Below, in pieces: positions 26,257-35,946 of a stretch of DNA of 64,000 bases. Below the pieces are notes generated by a model, which saw nothing but the letters and a program-made list of their open reading frames with translations, did no database searches and was not told the DNA's origin. How positions within the stretch are numbered: the stretch's first letter is position 1; each line of letters starts with the position of its first letter. This DNA comes from a virus. Taxonomy: Duplodnaviria; Caudoviricetes. The stretch covers positions 31,942 through 95,941 of IMG/VR virus record IMGVR_UViG_3300049381_000011; one strand, given 5' to 3'. The translations under genes and the position numbers were made by a program.

Positions 26257-26834
26257 GACGGGCCGTCGCCGGCGTCGACGTCGCCGGCGGCCGGGGTGTC
26301 GGTGGCGATCGACGGGAGTGGTTCGGGGTATCCGTCGTCGTATCCGTCGCCCTGGTCGACGTCGAGGGCGAGCATCTGCGCGAGCCGGTCGACGAGCGAG
26401 ACACCGGAGTTGCCCTCGTCGGGTTTCGTGTCGTACTTCAGCAGGTTGATGTGCTGGGTGACGGCGATCCCGACGGCGGCCATGCCGTGTTTGACCTCGG
26501 ACAGGGGCGGCTCACCGAGCCGCATCGTGATCACTTCGTTTTTGACCGGGATGTGGACGACGTACGCCGACGTGCACCGCGCGGCGACATGCTCGGCGAG
26601 GTCGAGGAGCTGCTGCGCGAACGCGGCCCGGCGGGCGGCGAGGTCGACGACCCGCGCCTCGGTGGCCGCTGCGGTCGCTGACCGGTTGAACGCATCCGGT
26701 TTGATCTTCTTCGCCAGTCCGGACACGGTGCCACGGCCTACGCCGTGGTCGCGTGCGATCTGGTTGCGTGGCTTGCCGGCCTCGATGTCGGCGATGATCG
26801 CCGCCCGGACCTCTTCGGACAGAGGGGCACCCAC
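26253..26834 (-). CDS. terS: Terminase small subunit (HTH)
   Basis: RNQIARDHGVGRGTVS; coupled to terL. Confidence 0.75.
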   Translation of the reverse strand: MGAPLSEEVRAAIIADIEAGKPRNQIARDHGVGRGTVSGLAKKIKPDAFNRSATAAATEARVVDLAARRAAFAQQLLDLAEHVAARCTSAYVVHIPVKNEVITMRLGEPPLSEVKHGMAAVGIAVTQHINLLKYDTKPDEGNSGVSLVDRLAQMLALDVDQGDGYDDGYPEPLPSIATDTPAAGDVDAGDGPS

Positions 26835-27088
26835 GACGGTTCACACCCCTTGACGGCGAGCACGGGGCACGGCAGCCGTCAACGTGATGTGAGTGGCGAC
26901 CCGGTGCCCGACCGGGACAGCCCCGGATTCAGTCCGGGTGAGACGCGGCAGCGCCCGGGGTGCCGATGATTGGGCACACTCCGGGCGCTGCGTAAGGCGT
27001 TGGATGGATCCTGACGGGTTGGCGGGTGGTCGTCAAGCGTGTCGCGGTTTGGTGTGTTTTCTGGTCCACCAAAACCAGACATAATCGT

Positions 27089-27172
27089 GCACATGTTATT
27101 GACGATTTAACGGGTTGGGGATAGAATTGATCTACACCCGGGGTGCTGGAACACCCCACCTGACCAGGGAGA
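27089..27172 (+). promoter_or_regulatory. Shared promoter (TTGACG-17-TAGAAT) plus CTGGAA hairpin
   Basis: 21-mer gcacatgttattgacgattta identical at 27089, 27487 and 29967. Confidence 0.8.
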
Positions 27173-27178
27173 ACACCT

Positions 27179-27427
27179 GTGGATATCAAGACTCAGTGGA
27201 CGATTCAGACGAGCGAGACGTTCTCCGCGCTGATCCCGCTGGCCGAAATCGCCGAGCAGCTGCAGGAGACCGAGGAGGAGACTTTGCGCCTGGTGGCGGC
27301 CGGCGAGGTCGAGGCGCACGACCGTTGGTCCGAAACCGTGCTCAGCGGCCGCGAGACCGAGGACATCTCCGTCTACTTCGCCGTTGACGAGCGCTCCATC
27401 GACGAGATGGGGCCGCACCTGTTCTGA
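27179..27427 (+). CDS. Acidic hypothetical protein
   Basis: Promoter-hairpin-RBS cassette with terminator. Confidence 0.65.
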   Translation: MDIKTQWTIQTSETFSALIPLAEIAEQLQETEEETLRLVAAGEVEAHDRWSETVLSGRETEDISVYFAVDERSIDEMGPHLF

Positions 27428-27434
27428 TGATCGG

Positions 27435-27477
27435 TCGGGGGTTCGGGCAGGTCATGCGGCTTGCCCGAACCCCCCGA
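27435..27477 (+). terminator. Hairpin terminator
   Basis: tcgggggttcgggca...tgcccgaaccccccga. Confidence 0.6.
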
Positions 27478-27486
27478 ATATATCCC

Positions 27487-27525
27487 GCACATGTTATTGA
27501 CGATTTAACTCTGGGCGGTTACTAT
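27487..27525 (+). promoter_or_regulatory. Shared promoter (TTGACG-17-TACTAT)
   Basis: Identical 21-mer. Confidence 0.8.
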
Positions 27526-27556
27526 AGACAAAGAAGCCACCCCCGAAGGAGCCCCC

Positions 27557-27808
27557 ATGCTGGACCTGGACCTGGCCACACAGATCAAGAAGCTCCACAC
27601 CGCCACCTACGGCATGGTCACCCCCGCCCGGACGGCAACGCCCCTCATCGACGACGACGCGATCACCGCCGCGCACATGCTCGTCAACGGCAAGCCGGAC
27701 GAGGCCCGCGAACTGTTCGGCAGCAACGGACGCCTGGGCGGCGCGCTCCTGCGCCAGCTGCAGAACCTCCAGTACCTCCAGGCCCACGGCGAGCACATCC
27801 AAGCCTGA
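27557..27808 (+). CDS. Hypothetical protein
   Basis: AAGGAG RBS. Confidence 0.65.
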   Translation: MLDLDLATQIKKLHTATYGMVTPARTATPLIDDDAITAAHMLVNGKPDEARELFGSNGRLGGALLRQLQNLQYLQAHGEHIQA

Positions 27809-27870
27809 CCGGACCAGGGGCGGGCACTGCCCGCCCCTCCCGCACCGAACGCGCAGGGGAGGAACCGACA

Positions 27871-28311
27871 ATGTTCGAGCAGTTCACCACTGAAGTCATC
27901 CCCCACTGGCACGACTTCGGCTCCGGCCGCACATGCGCGAGCTGCCAGGCCACCGATTTCAGCTGGGGCACATACCTGCTCGGCTCAGAAGCGGAGACGA
28001 CTGTCGCCTGCTACCCGTGCGGCGCCCGGTACCGCGACGAATACGACTGGCCACTGATCCAGATCGACGTCACCCCCGAAGCCGAGCAGACGCTGTACGA
28101 GGCGATCAGCGTCCAAGCTGCCGAGCTCAACCGGCTCGCGAACGCGACCTACGGCATGGACGGCCGCGACGAGACGACGATCGAAGCGGCGCTGCAGTGG
28201 ATGGCCGGCGAGCACGCCCTGGCCGTCGCGATGGTCGGCACCCTCCGCGCTGACCTGCTAGCCGCGATCGTCGACGAGATGGACAACCTCAACTGGCTCA
28301 GCAACAGCTGA
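27871..28311 (+). CDS. Hypothetical protein with two CxxC
   Basis: GGAGG RBS; CASC, CYPC. Confidence 0.65.
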   Translation: MFEQFTTEVIPHWHDFGSGRTCASCQATDFSWGTYLLGSEAETTVACYPCGARYRDEYDWPLIQIDVTPEAEQTLYEAISVQAAELNRLANATYGMDGRDETTIEAALQWMAGEHALAVAMVGTLRADLLAAIVDEMDNLNWLSNS

Positions 28312-28363
28312 CCGCGATCCGCCCGGGCGCTGGAACGCCCACCCCCCGACCAGGAGGCAACAC

Positions 28364-28882
28364 GTGATCACAGCAACGACGACCATCGGCCAGCAGCTCG
28401 CCGGCGAGATCGTCACCATCGGCCGGAGCCTGTACCCGGACGTCGCCGAGCGCGTCGACCGGGCGTTCGGAACGGTCGGGGTCGCGCTCGCCCGCCTGGT
28501 CGAGGCGGGGCACGTCGTCGACGTCACCGAGTCGGGAGTGGCCAGCATGCGAGCGGCCGTCCACCACCTGCACCAGGAGGTCGGCGAACACGCGCTCGGC
28601 GCCGGCTGTCTTCTGTGCGGCCCTGCCGGTCAGCTGGACGTCGACGTTGCCGGAACGCGTATGGCACCTGACCTGATCTCGACCGAGCTGGAGCGGTACG
28701 AAGGCCGGCTGGAGTCGATCCACATCATCGCGATGCGGAAGGGGCTGTCGGAGTGGGAGGTCGTCGAGGTGTATGTGCACGGTGACGTGTCCGGTCCGGA
28801 GACTGTCTGGACAGCGTGGTCGACGGCGGCGATCGCGCAGCGCGTCCAGTGCGCTGTCGACCGTGGGTTCGCTGTGGTGTGA
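28364..28882 (+). CDS. Hypothetical protein
   Basis: CTGGAA hairpin and AGGAGG upstream. Confidence 0.65.
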   Translation: MITATTTIGQQLAGEIVTIGRSLYPDVAERVDRAFGTVGVALARLVEAGHVVDVTESGVASMRAAVHHLHQEVGEHALGAGCLLCGPAGQLDVDVAGTRMAPDLISTELERYEGRLESIHIIAMRKGLSEWEVVEVYVHGDVSGPETVWTAWSTAAIAQRVQCAVDRGFAVV

Positions 28883-28953
28883 CCTCGGCAGGAGAGCAGT
28901 AACGTCATCAACCACACGAGGCGCTGGAACGCCCACTACCCGAGGAGACCAGG

Positions 28954-29496
28954 ATGTCGACCCCCACCGCTGGCCAGCAGCTCGCCGCGACGGTTCACGA
29001 TGGATCGCCCTACTGCATCGGTCACCATGACGCGGATGGCGAATGCGTCGAAGCCTCTCCCTGCGACCCCCGCTGCCTGGGCCATCACGGCAAGCCTGTG
29101 CCCTGCACCCCGTGCCCCCAGTCGCGGTGCGTCGAACACGACACTGCCGGCTGCGCAGACCTGTGCCAAAGGATCTACTGCACCGGCCACGAAATGGACG
29201 ACGACGAGGACCTGTGCTGCATCATCGCCAAGCACGCGCCCTGGTGCCCGCCGGCATGCCGCGCCCACGGGACCGACGGCGAGCACGAGCTGGACCTCGG
29301 CAACGACGTCGTCATCTACAGCGAGCTGCTCGAACCCAGTACATACATGTGCGTCTCACTCGACGACAGCGCCCACGATGTCGCCGACGCCGACGCGCTG
29401 ATCGCCAAGACCGAAGCGATCCTGGCTGCGATGCGCACAGCCAGGATGATCCTCGCGGTGGAGGCAGCCAGCGCGGCCGCGCTGCAGCTCCCCTGA
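28954..29496 (+). CDS. Cys/His-rich hypothetical protein
   Basis: About 15 Cys in repeated CxxxCxxH units; hairpin leader. Confidence 0.6.
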   Translation: MSTPTAGQQLAATVHDGSPYCIGHHDADGECVEASPCDPRCLGHHGKPVPCTPCPQSRCVEHDTAGCADLCQRIYCTGHEMDDDEDLCCIIAKHAPWCPPACRAHGTDGEHELDLGNDVVIYSELLEPSTYMCVSLDDSAHDVADADALIAKTEAILAAMRTARMILAVEAASAAALQLP

Positions 29497-29534
29497 ACGC
29501 CACCGAGGCGCGAAACGCTCGATACCGTCGTCGC

Positions 29535-29930
29535 ATGCGACAAGAAGCTGTTGCGACGTCGACGCCGGCGACGCCCACACCCGGACCGCCGTCCCTCAGC
29601 ACCTATGACGACAGCGCTGTCCTTTGGGGCGCGTGGTCGTACTCCCCGACGCTGAGCCATTACCCGGAAGCCTGCCCGAATGCGCGCTGTGGCTACACCG
29701 GGCCGTCGCTCGTGACTGTCGGAGTTGTCCAACCGCTGCTCAATGAGGTTTTCATCGGTGAGGTGCGGGCGGACGGCGTCACGCAGTTGGTGGAGGTTCT
29801 TCCTCTGGCTCGTCTGATCGCGTTCCGGTGTGAGGTGTGCGCGAACCAGCGGATCTACGACCGGTGGGGCGGCGCTGGCGGGGAGTTCGTCGAGATCGAC
29901 GGTGAGGGTACGCAGGAGACCCTGTTCTGA
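29535..29930 (+). CDS. Zn-ribbon hypothetical protein
   Basis: CPNARC, CEVC; ends QETLF. Confidence 0.5.
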   Translation: MRQEAVATSTPATPTPGPPSLSTYDDSAVLWGAWSYSPTLSHYPEACPNARCGYTGPSLVTVGVVQPLLNEVFIGEVRADGVTQLVEVLPLARLIAFRCEVCANQRIYDRWGGAGGEFVEIDGEGTQETLF

Positions 29931-29966
29931 CCTGCGTCGGACGTATCATCTCAGCCCGTAAAACGG

Positions 29967-30050
29967 GCACATGTTATTGACGATTTACCGGCATACGTGT
30001 AGCGTGAACATCACCGGGCACTGGAGAGCCCCACCACGACCAGGGAGAGA
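29967..30050 (+). promoter_or_regulatory. Shared promoter (TTGACG-17-TAGCGT) plus variant hairpin
   Basis: Identical 21-mer; gggc-a-ctggag-a-gccc. Confidence 0.8.
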
Positions 30051-30052
30051 AC

Positions 30053-30466
30053 ATGAACGACATCGCCAACGCGGACCAGGCCACCAACCCGCTCGCAGCC
30101 CACCAGGCCGCCGCAACACACGCCGTACGGCTCGCCGCGCTGCTCCCGGCAGACGAGATCCGCGGGCACTTCTACCGGCACGACGGCTCGCCGACCAACC
30201 GGTGGGCGCTCGTCACCCTGTACGCCAACAGCTGCGAGCACGCCGACCTGGCCGCGACGCTCAACCCGTCGCCGTGGGCCATGAAGATGCTGAACTGGGC
30301 GGTCCGCGCGCTGGCCGGAATGGTGGAGCGGTCCGGGGCGGTCGACCTGGCGCACATCGACGCGCTGGCCGAGGACGCCGCTCGCGAAGAGGCGATGCTC
30401 GCGGCCGTCACGCCCGATCGGCCCCTTACTGGCATCTTCTCGACGCCGTGGCTTCCGAACGTCTGA
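30053..30466 (+). CDS. Hypothetical protein
   Basis: Cassette leader. Confidence 0.65.
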   Translation: MNDIANADQATNPLAAHQAAATHAVRLAALLPADEIRGHFYRHDGSPTNRWALVTLYANSCEHADLAATLNPSPWAMKMLNWAVRALAGMVERSGAVDLAHIDALAEDAAREEAMLAAVTPDRPLTGIFSTPWLPNV

Positions 30467-30585
30467 TCCGCAGGCCGAAACACATCGCCGGGAGGCAGAC
30501 GTGTCGGACGGTGGATCCGTCCCCGATGAGGCCATCGGTCCGTACCGCCAGGGCGCTGGAACGCCCACCCGACCAGGAGGAACGC

Positions 30586-31146
30586 ATGCCCCACACCACC
30601 ACCCCGACGCTCGCCGAGCTGGCCACCACCATCAACACACTGTGGACCGGCCTGCCCGCCAACATCCGGAACGTCGAGGCTGGATTCCTGCGTACCGAGC
30701 TGGAGCTCGCGTCGCTGATCGCATCGGGCACCGTGACCGGCGTGAGCGCCGACGGCATCACCACGCTGCAGCAGACCGCCGCGTACCTCCAGATGCGCCA
30801 CGACGACGGGACCGTCGTCCCCCGGATGGCGCTGGCCACCATCACCGACCCGGAGCCTGCCGGCGAGTCGGTCATCTACACCCACCGCGCCACCGCCAAG
30901 CGCTTCGCCCTGGTCCACGTTGGCCGCGGCCGCCCGGTCATGGCAAAGGCCGGCGACCGGGTCGAGAACGCCGACGGAGCCGAGGTTGAGCTGTCCCCCG
31001 TCGCGGCGACGATCATCCCTGTCCCCGATGACCAGCCGACCTACATCGTCTGCCGGTTCATCGACGAGGACGACGACGTCAACGATGAGGATGCGTACGT
31101 GAAAGCCCACGAATTCACCGGCCTGGTCTGGGTCGCGATCAACTGA
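30586..31146 (+). CDS. Hypothetical protein
   Basis: CTGGAA hairpin and AGGAGG. Confidence 0.65.
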   Translation: MPHTTTPTLAELATTINTLWTGLPANIRNVEAGFLRTELELASLIASGTVTGVSADGITTLQQTAAYLQMRHDDGTVVPRMALATITDPEPAGESVIYTHRATAKRFALVHVGRGRPVMAKAGDRVENADGAEVELSPVAATIIPVPDDQPTYIVCRFIDEDDDVNDEDAYVKAHEFTGLVWVAIN

Positions 31147-31233
31147 CCCGCCCCGCCCCGGCCTGCCGGACGGGCAAGTGCTCGTCCGGCAGGCCACCTG
31201 CACACCGAATCCGATTCGAGAGAGGTCAACCTG

Positions 31234-32196
31234 ATGCAGCCGACACAAACCGCTGATGCCGTCCCCGCCACGCAGACAACCGGCGAGGTAACCCTCCTAC
31301 GCGCCGAGCTTGCACACACGCAGGAGATGCTCCGCGACGCACGCTCCATCACGATGCTGGAGCTCGCCAACCGTCTCGACCCCGGCCCGTCCGCCGGCCT
31401 GCCGGACGGGCTGAACGAAGTGGGTCGTATCGCGCTGGCCCGCGATCGAGGCCTGGCCGGCAATCTGCGCATGTGGGCACGTCAGCCCGGTGTGCTCGAC
31501 AAGCCCTACGCGGCCGTCGGATTCCGTACCCAGCTGCTCGCCGCGCTCGCCGACCAGGAGACACACACCGGTCTGCGCCCGCTGCTGGCCGCCGCGCTGC
31601 ACGTCCTGACCCAGTCGCCTGCTCTGGACCTGGTCCAGGAGCCGGCGAGCATCTACCGCCTGTCCAGCGATGCGCATGTCGTTGAGCTGATCGCCACAGC
31701 GATCCGCAAGCGGGAGAGGACCGCAGAGGAGATCACATCCGCCGAGCATGAGCTCGGCTACCACAACGCGATCATGGGCTATCGGGACCTGGCCCGCGAC
31801 ATCCTGCGCGAGATCGACAAGACGGTCGCCGCCTTACCCACGGCCGCCAGCGTCGAGCAGAGCCACACTGTGCCCGAATCTGAGTCCGAGGAGCTGCCGC
31901 TGCCGACGCTGTACATCGACTGCCCGAGCTGTACAGACGAGGAAGCCACGAAGGCCAACCATGCCGAGTGGCGGGCCTGGCACCTCAGCGAAGAGAAAGC
32001 ACTCGCTTCTTACATCGAAGCCGGTGGCAGCCTCGCCGACTGGGAACGCAGCCCGGCACGCAAGGAGTTGGACCACAGCCGCCCGAATGATCTGGAGGAG
32101 GGGTGCGGCGACTGCGAAGGGACCAGGAACCAGGCGACACCGGCCGGACAGCAGGTGCTCGACTTCCTCCACGCCATGGGATGGACAAGCGCATGA
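31234..32196 (+). CDS. Hypothetical protein with C-terminal split Zn finger
   Basis: CPSC...CGDCEG..ATPAGQQVLDFL. Confidence 0.6.
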   Translation: MQPTQTADAVPATQTTGEVTLLRAELAHTQEMLRDARSITMLELANRLDPGPSAGLPDGLNEVGRIALARDRGLAGNLRMWARQPGVLDKPYAAVGFRTQLLAALADQETHTGLRPLLAAALHVLTQSPALDLVQEPASIYRLSSDAHVVELIATAIRKRERTAEEITSAEHELGYHNAIMGYRDLARDILREIDKTVAALPTAASVEQSHTVPESESEELPLPTLYIDCPSCTDEEATKANHAEWRAWHLSEEKALASYIEAGGSLADWERSPARKELDHSRPNDLEEGCGDCEGTRNQATPAGQQVLDFLHAMGWTSA

Positions 32197-32492
32197 GTTT
32201 CACCATCACCAAATCCCGGATCGATCTGCTGAAGGCGTGCGCGGCGTCGGAAGTCCAGCAGAGCCGACGCAACAAGGGCCAGTCGTTCCGCGACGGCGCG
32301 AAGAACCAGTCCGACCGGCGCGTCACCTCGGAGATCGAGAAGCTGTCCGCCGCCGGCTGGGTCTACCTCAGCAAACATGACAGCGGCGCTGGCCGGATGT
32401 GGACGCCGACCACGCGCGGCCACGAGCTGCTGTCTGAACACTGCCCCGGCTGGGACGACGTCGCCCCGGCCGCGCCTGAGCCGGCTGCCTGA
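32193..32492 (+). CDS. Winged-helix-like protein
   Basis: KLSAAGWV...PTTRGHELL. Confidence 0.5.
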   Translation: MSFTITKSRIDLLKACAASEVQQSRRNKGQSFRDGAKNQSDRRVTSEIEKLSAAGWVYLSKHDSGAGRMWTPTTRGHELLSEHCPGWDDVAPAAPEPAA

Positions 32493-32493
32493 C

Positions 32494-32856
32494 ATGCCGA
32501 TCCGGCCGGAGAACCGTGACCGGTACCCGGCCGACTGGGATGCCATCTCCCTGCACATTCGCACGGTCCGCGCTGAGGGCCGTTGCGAATGTGCAGGCGA
32601 GTGTGGTCGGGGCACGCATGACGGGCGCTGCCCGAACATGAACGGCGGGCAGGCGTACGGGACCGGGTCCAAAGTCGTCTTGACGGTGGCGCACCTGGAT
32701 CACACTCCGGAGCACTGCGACCCGGAGAACCTTCGGGCGATGTGCAATGGCTGTCATCTGCACTACGACCGTGACCACCACGCTGAGACCAGATCACGGA
32801 CCCGCGAAGCGGCGCGGCTCGCCGCCGGCGTTGTGCCGCTGTTCGATCTCGGCTGA
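32494..32856 (+). CDS. HNH endonuclease-like protein
   Basis: RYPADW...RCEC...LTVAHLDH...NLRAMCNGCH. Confidence 0.75.
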   Translation: MPIRPENRDRYPADWDAISLHIRTVRAEGRCECAGECGRGTHDGRCPNMNGGQAYGTGSKVVLTVAHLDHTPEHCDPENLRAMCNGCHLHYDRDHHAETRSRTREAARLAAGVVPLFDLG

Positions 32857-33007
32857 CACAGTTGCTGCGCCGGTCCGGCGTGGCGGGCGCGCTGGGTCGT
32901 TCGCGCGCGGGCGCGCGTTGCTGGGGTGTGACCGGACAGAGGATGCCCACGGATCCTGCAATCGGTGGGTGGACGGTCGGAAGCGTCGTACGTGGTGCCG
33001 GCCCTGG

Positions 33008-33199
33008 TCAGTGGTGGCGGGGGTCGAGCGCGCAGAGGGTGGTGACCAGGCCGACGGTGACGCCGGCGATGAAGACGCTGAATAGCCACCAGCCTGCGGC
33101 GGGGCCGACGATGAGCATGGCGAGCAGTGCTGATGCGACGGCGAAGACGACGAGTAGGAGCATGCCCACGGTGGCGGCGAGGAACGTTGGCCATTTCAT
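33008..33199 (-). CDS. Small two-TM protein
   Basis: Almost entirely hydrophobic. Confidence 0.45.
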   Translation of the reverse strand: MKWPTFLAATVGMLLLVVFAVASALLAMLIVGPAAGWWLFSVFIAGVTVGLVTTLCALDPRHH

Positions 33200-33346
33200 G
33201 TGTTGACCTGCTTGTATGCGTTGGCGGCGCGACCAGGTTACCCGTTTGTCCTCTTTGGTGGTGTACGAAGAGGTGAATAGTCTTTGGCCGGGTGTGTCTG
33301 TGTTGCGGCTTATAGTGGGGTCTCATCGACTCTTGGAGGTCCCCCG

Positions 33347-33535
33347 ATGACCGATCCTGTTTCGCCCGGCGACCAGCCGGAGTCCTCTCGCCACACCGAT
33401 GACAGCCTGGCGGAGGCTGCGGCGGACATGCCGGTGGTCCCTGATGACCGGCCCGATGATCCGCATGACCATGGGCTCGATGGCGTGCCTGTGACGTCCC
33501 CGTTCGACCTGGACGACGACGGGTCGGTGGGCTGA
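33347..33535 (+). CDS. Small acidic protein upstream of lysin
   Basis: GGAGG RBS. Confidence 0.45.
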   Translation: MTDPVSPGDQPESSRHTDDSLAEAAADMPVVPDDRPDDPHDHGLDGVPVTSPFDLDDDGSVG

Positions 33536-33536
33536 C

Positions 33537-34586
33537 ATGTCGACGATCACGGGGGGTCAGGTGTGGGACCCGTACTACGGGTTGACTCGGGACTGGCGAC
33601 CGGTCGGCCCGGTCGTCAACGAGTACGGGTTCTACACCGCGACCAGCGCCGACGACTTCGTGTGTCTGGGTGTGCTGGGTAACACGGCGCACTGGGATCG
33701 GCCGGACGGGCAGGATCACACGTCGCGGGCGACGGGTACGACGACGGATCTGGCTGGGCGGACGTTGTCGCCGAAACCTGGCTGGGTCTACGCGATCGAC
33801 GGGACCGTGCCGGAGCCGCTGCGGTTCGAGGGCTGGCTCCTGGGCCGGCTACGGGCCGGCGTGTACGCGCACCTGGTCAAATACTTCAACATCAACAATC
33901 GGCATTGGAACCGCAAGCAGGTCAAGAACGGTGTCCTGTTCGCGTCGGCGGTGTCGTCGAGCGACACCCACCTGCACATGTCCTTCATGCCCGATCAGGA
34001 GTACGCGACCAGCTCGATCCTCGCCGACTACGAGGTGTGGCGCACGACGGGCGTGGTCGTGCCCGGGCAGCGGCCGGCGCCGCAGGCTGAGCAGATGACG
34101 ATCGCCGAGCTCGCCGCGGGCTGGCTCCGGACGGTGAGGTCTGGCAACACCGGTCGTGTGGTTCGGATCCTGCAGGGGCTCCTGCTCGGGCACGGCTACG
34201 GGGTCGGTGACCGGTCGGCGATCGACGGCAGGTGCGGGCCGAACACCACCGCGAGGTTGAAGGCGTTCCAGGTCGACCACCAGGTGGCGAACAGTGTCGT
34301 CGACGGGCACGGCGACGGGGTCGGGGGCCGGCAGTCGTGGCTGGTCCTGATCACGCCGAACCTGCCGACGGTCATCTACGGCTCCGATGGCCTGCCCGTG
34401 AAGCTCCTGCAGGGGCTGTTGTGCGCGCAGGGCTACCCGACGGCGGTCGACGGGCGAGCAGGCCCGGACACCATCGGGAAGCTGAAGGCGTTCCAGGTCG
34501 ACCACCGGGTCGCGAACAGTGTCGTGGGCGGTCGCGGCGACGGGATCAGCGGCCGGCAGTCGTGGCTGGCGGCTTTGAGGCCCTGA
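33537..34586 (+). CDS. Endolysin-like protein: putative Zn-peptidase domain plus two peptidoglycan-binding domains
   Basis: DH...AID...HLHMSF; duplicated V..LQGLL..GY...DG..GP.T...LKAFQVDH...DG..GRQSW. Confidence 0.75.
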   Translation: MSTITGGQVWDPYYGLTRDWRPVGPVVNEYGFYTATSADDFVCLGVLGNTAHWDRPDGQDHTSRATGTTTDLAGRTLSPKPGWVYAIDGTVPEPLRFEGWLLGRLRAGVYAHLVKYFNINNRHWNRKQVKNGVLFASAVSSSDTHLHMSFMPDQEYATSSILADYEVWRTTGVVVPGQRPAPQAEQMTIAELAAGWLRTVRSGNTGRVVRILQGLLLGHGYGVGDRSAIDGRCGPNTTARLKAFQVDHQVANSVVDGHGDGVGGRQSWLVLITPNLPTVIYGSDGLPVKLLQGLLCAQGYPTAVDGRAGPDTIGKLKAFQVDHRVANSVVGGRGDGISGRQSWLAALRP

Positions 34587-34670
34587 CCTGCTGCATCATC
34601 CGGGCGGACGTACACCACGGTGTGCGTCCGCTTTTTCGTGCCCGACGGTTGGGTGGGGTGCTGGGCTGCG

Positions 34671-34955
34671 ATGCCGGATTTTCGGACTACATTGCCGGGT
34701 GTGCGCGCATTTTCCCGGCTTGAGAAGCGGTTCGCTGCCCGGCTGCCCAGGGTGCGGGACGCCCGCGGCATGTCGCAGCGCGAGGTGGCGGCCGCCGCGG
34801 GGATGCACCGGACGGCGCTCGGCTCGGTTGAGCACGGCCGGCGCGGGATCCAGCTCGGTGAGGCTGCGCTGCTGTGTGAGGCCCTGGGCGTGCCGCTGGC
34901 CGACATGCTGTCCCCGGACCCGCTGGTCCTGCGGGTCGACGTAGCGATCGAGTAG
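34671..34955 (+). CDS. XRE-family HTH regulator
   Basis: RGMSQREVAAAAGMHRTALGSVEHGRR. Confidence 0.8.
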   Translation: MPDFRTTLPGVRAFSRLEKRFAARLPRVRDARGMSQREVAAAAGMHRTALGSVEHGRRGIQLGEAALLCEALGVPLADMLSPDPLVLRVDVAIE

Positions 34956-34965
34956 CGGCCTGGCA

Positions 34966-35015
34966 GTGGCACGACGAAGCCCCGCGCTCATCTCGAAGAG
35001 AGCTGCGGGGCTTCG
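34966..35015 (+). repeat. 50-bp hairpin, direct repeat copy 1
   Basis: Identical to 52930..52980 except one indel. Confidence 0.9.
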
Positions 35016-35268
35016 CGGCGCGCTGGGCTAGCTGCACTCCGACCGTATGGCGTGATTGGCACGATCGCCGTCCGCCGCGCCGACGAAGTTGTCGGAGCCA
35101 TGCCCTATCCTCGATGGCAGTGGCAGCGCGCCTGCCCATCCGAGCCCCGGCCCCCACGCGGCCAGCGGCATCGAGGAGAAGGTCCCACGGATCGCGCACA
35201 CGGCCTTGCTGGATCGGTCCCGACCTCAGTGTGCCGTGCGTGGGACGGCTCGCGAGAGGACACGACCC

Positions 35269-35946
35269 ATGACCAGCAACAACGCACTCAAGAAGCAGAT
35301 CCGAGCCCGGATGGCCGAGACCGGCGAGCCGTACACCGCCGCCCGGTCCGCGCTCCTGACCGCCGAACGGCCGGCGATCGACCCGCAGCTGCTCGCCCCT
35401 TACCCGTACGAGCTGATCCGCCCGGCCACCGCCGGCGACAACTGGAAGCCGCCGACCACCGAAGAGCTGGGCTGGCGAGCCCTGCCAGCCGACGCGACCC
35501 CCCAGCAGCGCGCCACCGCCGAGTCGTACTGGCGGCCTGTGAACCCCGACCTCCCATGCCGCTGCTCCGGACCATGTGCCCACGGCACCGAGTGCGAATA
35601 CGCCCCCGACTGCCCCGGCCGGCTCTGGCACAGCGACCGCCGCGCCTACCTCAGCAGCAGCCCCGACCTCCTCATGTGGCACGACCTCTACATCTGCAGC
35701 GGCGACTGCGGCGACGATCTGGAAGACGTCGCCATCACGACAGTGCCGTGGGGCCGACGCGTCGCAGGCGAACTGCGCCTGTTTCCTGGCATCCGACGTG
35801 CCGACGTCCTGCCCGCCGAGTGGCAGTGCACGGAGTGCGGCGCGGCGAACCAGTATTACTGCGGCTGCCGCGACATGAACGACCCCGACGAGTGCGAGGA
35901 ATGCGGCGCCACCGGCCCGTACGCCTGTGGCTGCAATGAAGACTGA
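35269..35946 (+). CDS. Cys-rich hypothetical protein
   Basis: N-term KKQIRARMAETGEPYTAAR; multiple CxxC. Confidence 0.65.
   Translation: MTSNNALKKQIRARMAETGEPYTAARSALLTAERPAIDPQLLAPYPYELIRPATAGDNWKPPTTEELGWRALPADATPQQRATAESYWRPVNPDLPCRCSGPCAHGTECEYAPDCPGRLWHSDRRAYLSSSPDLLMWHDLYICSGDCGDDLEDVAITTVPWGRRVAGELRLFPGIRRADVLPAEWQCTECGAANQYYCGCRDMNDPDECEECGATGPYACGCNED

Noticed and set aside
27089-31146. Integron cassette array
   Set aside because: No attC-type R/L boxes or integron integrase; the repeats fit promoter and leader positions.
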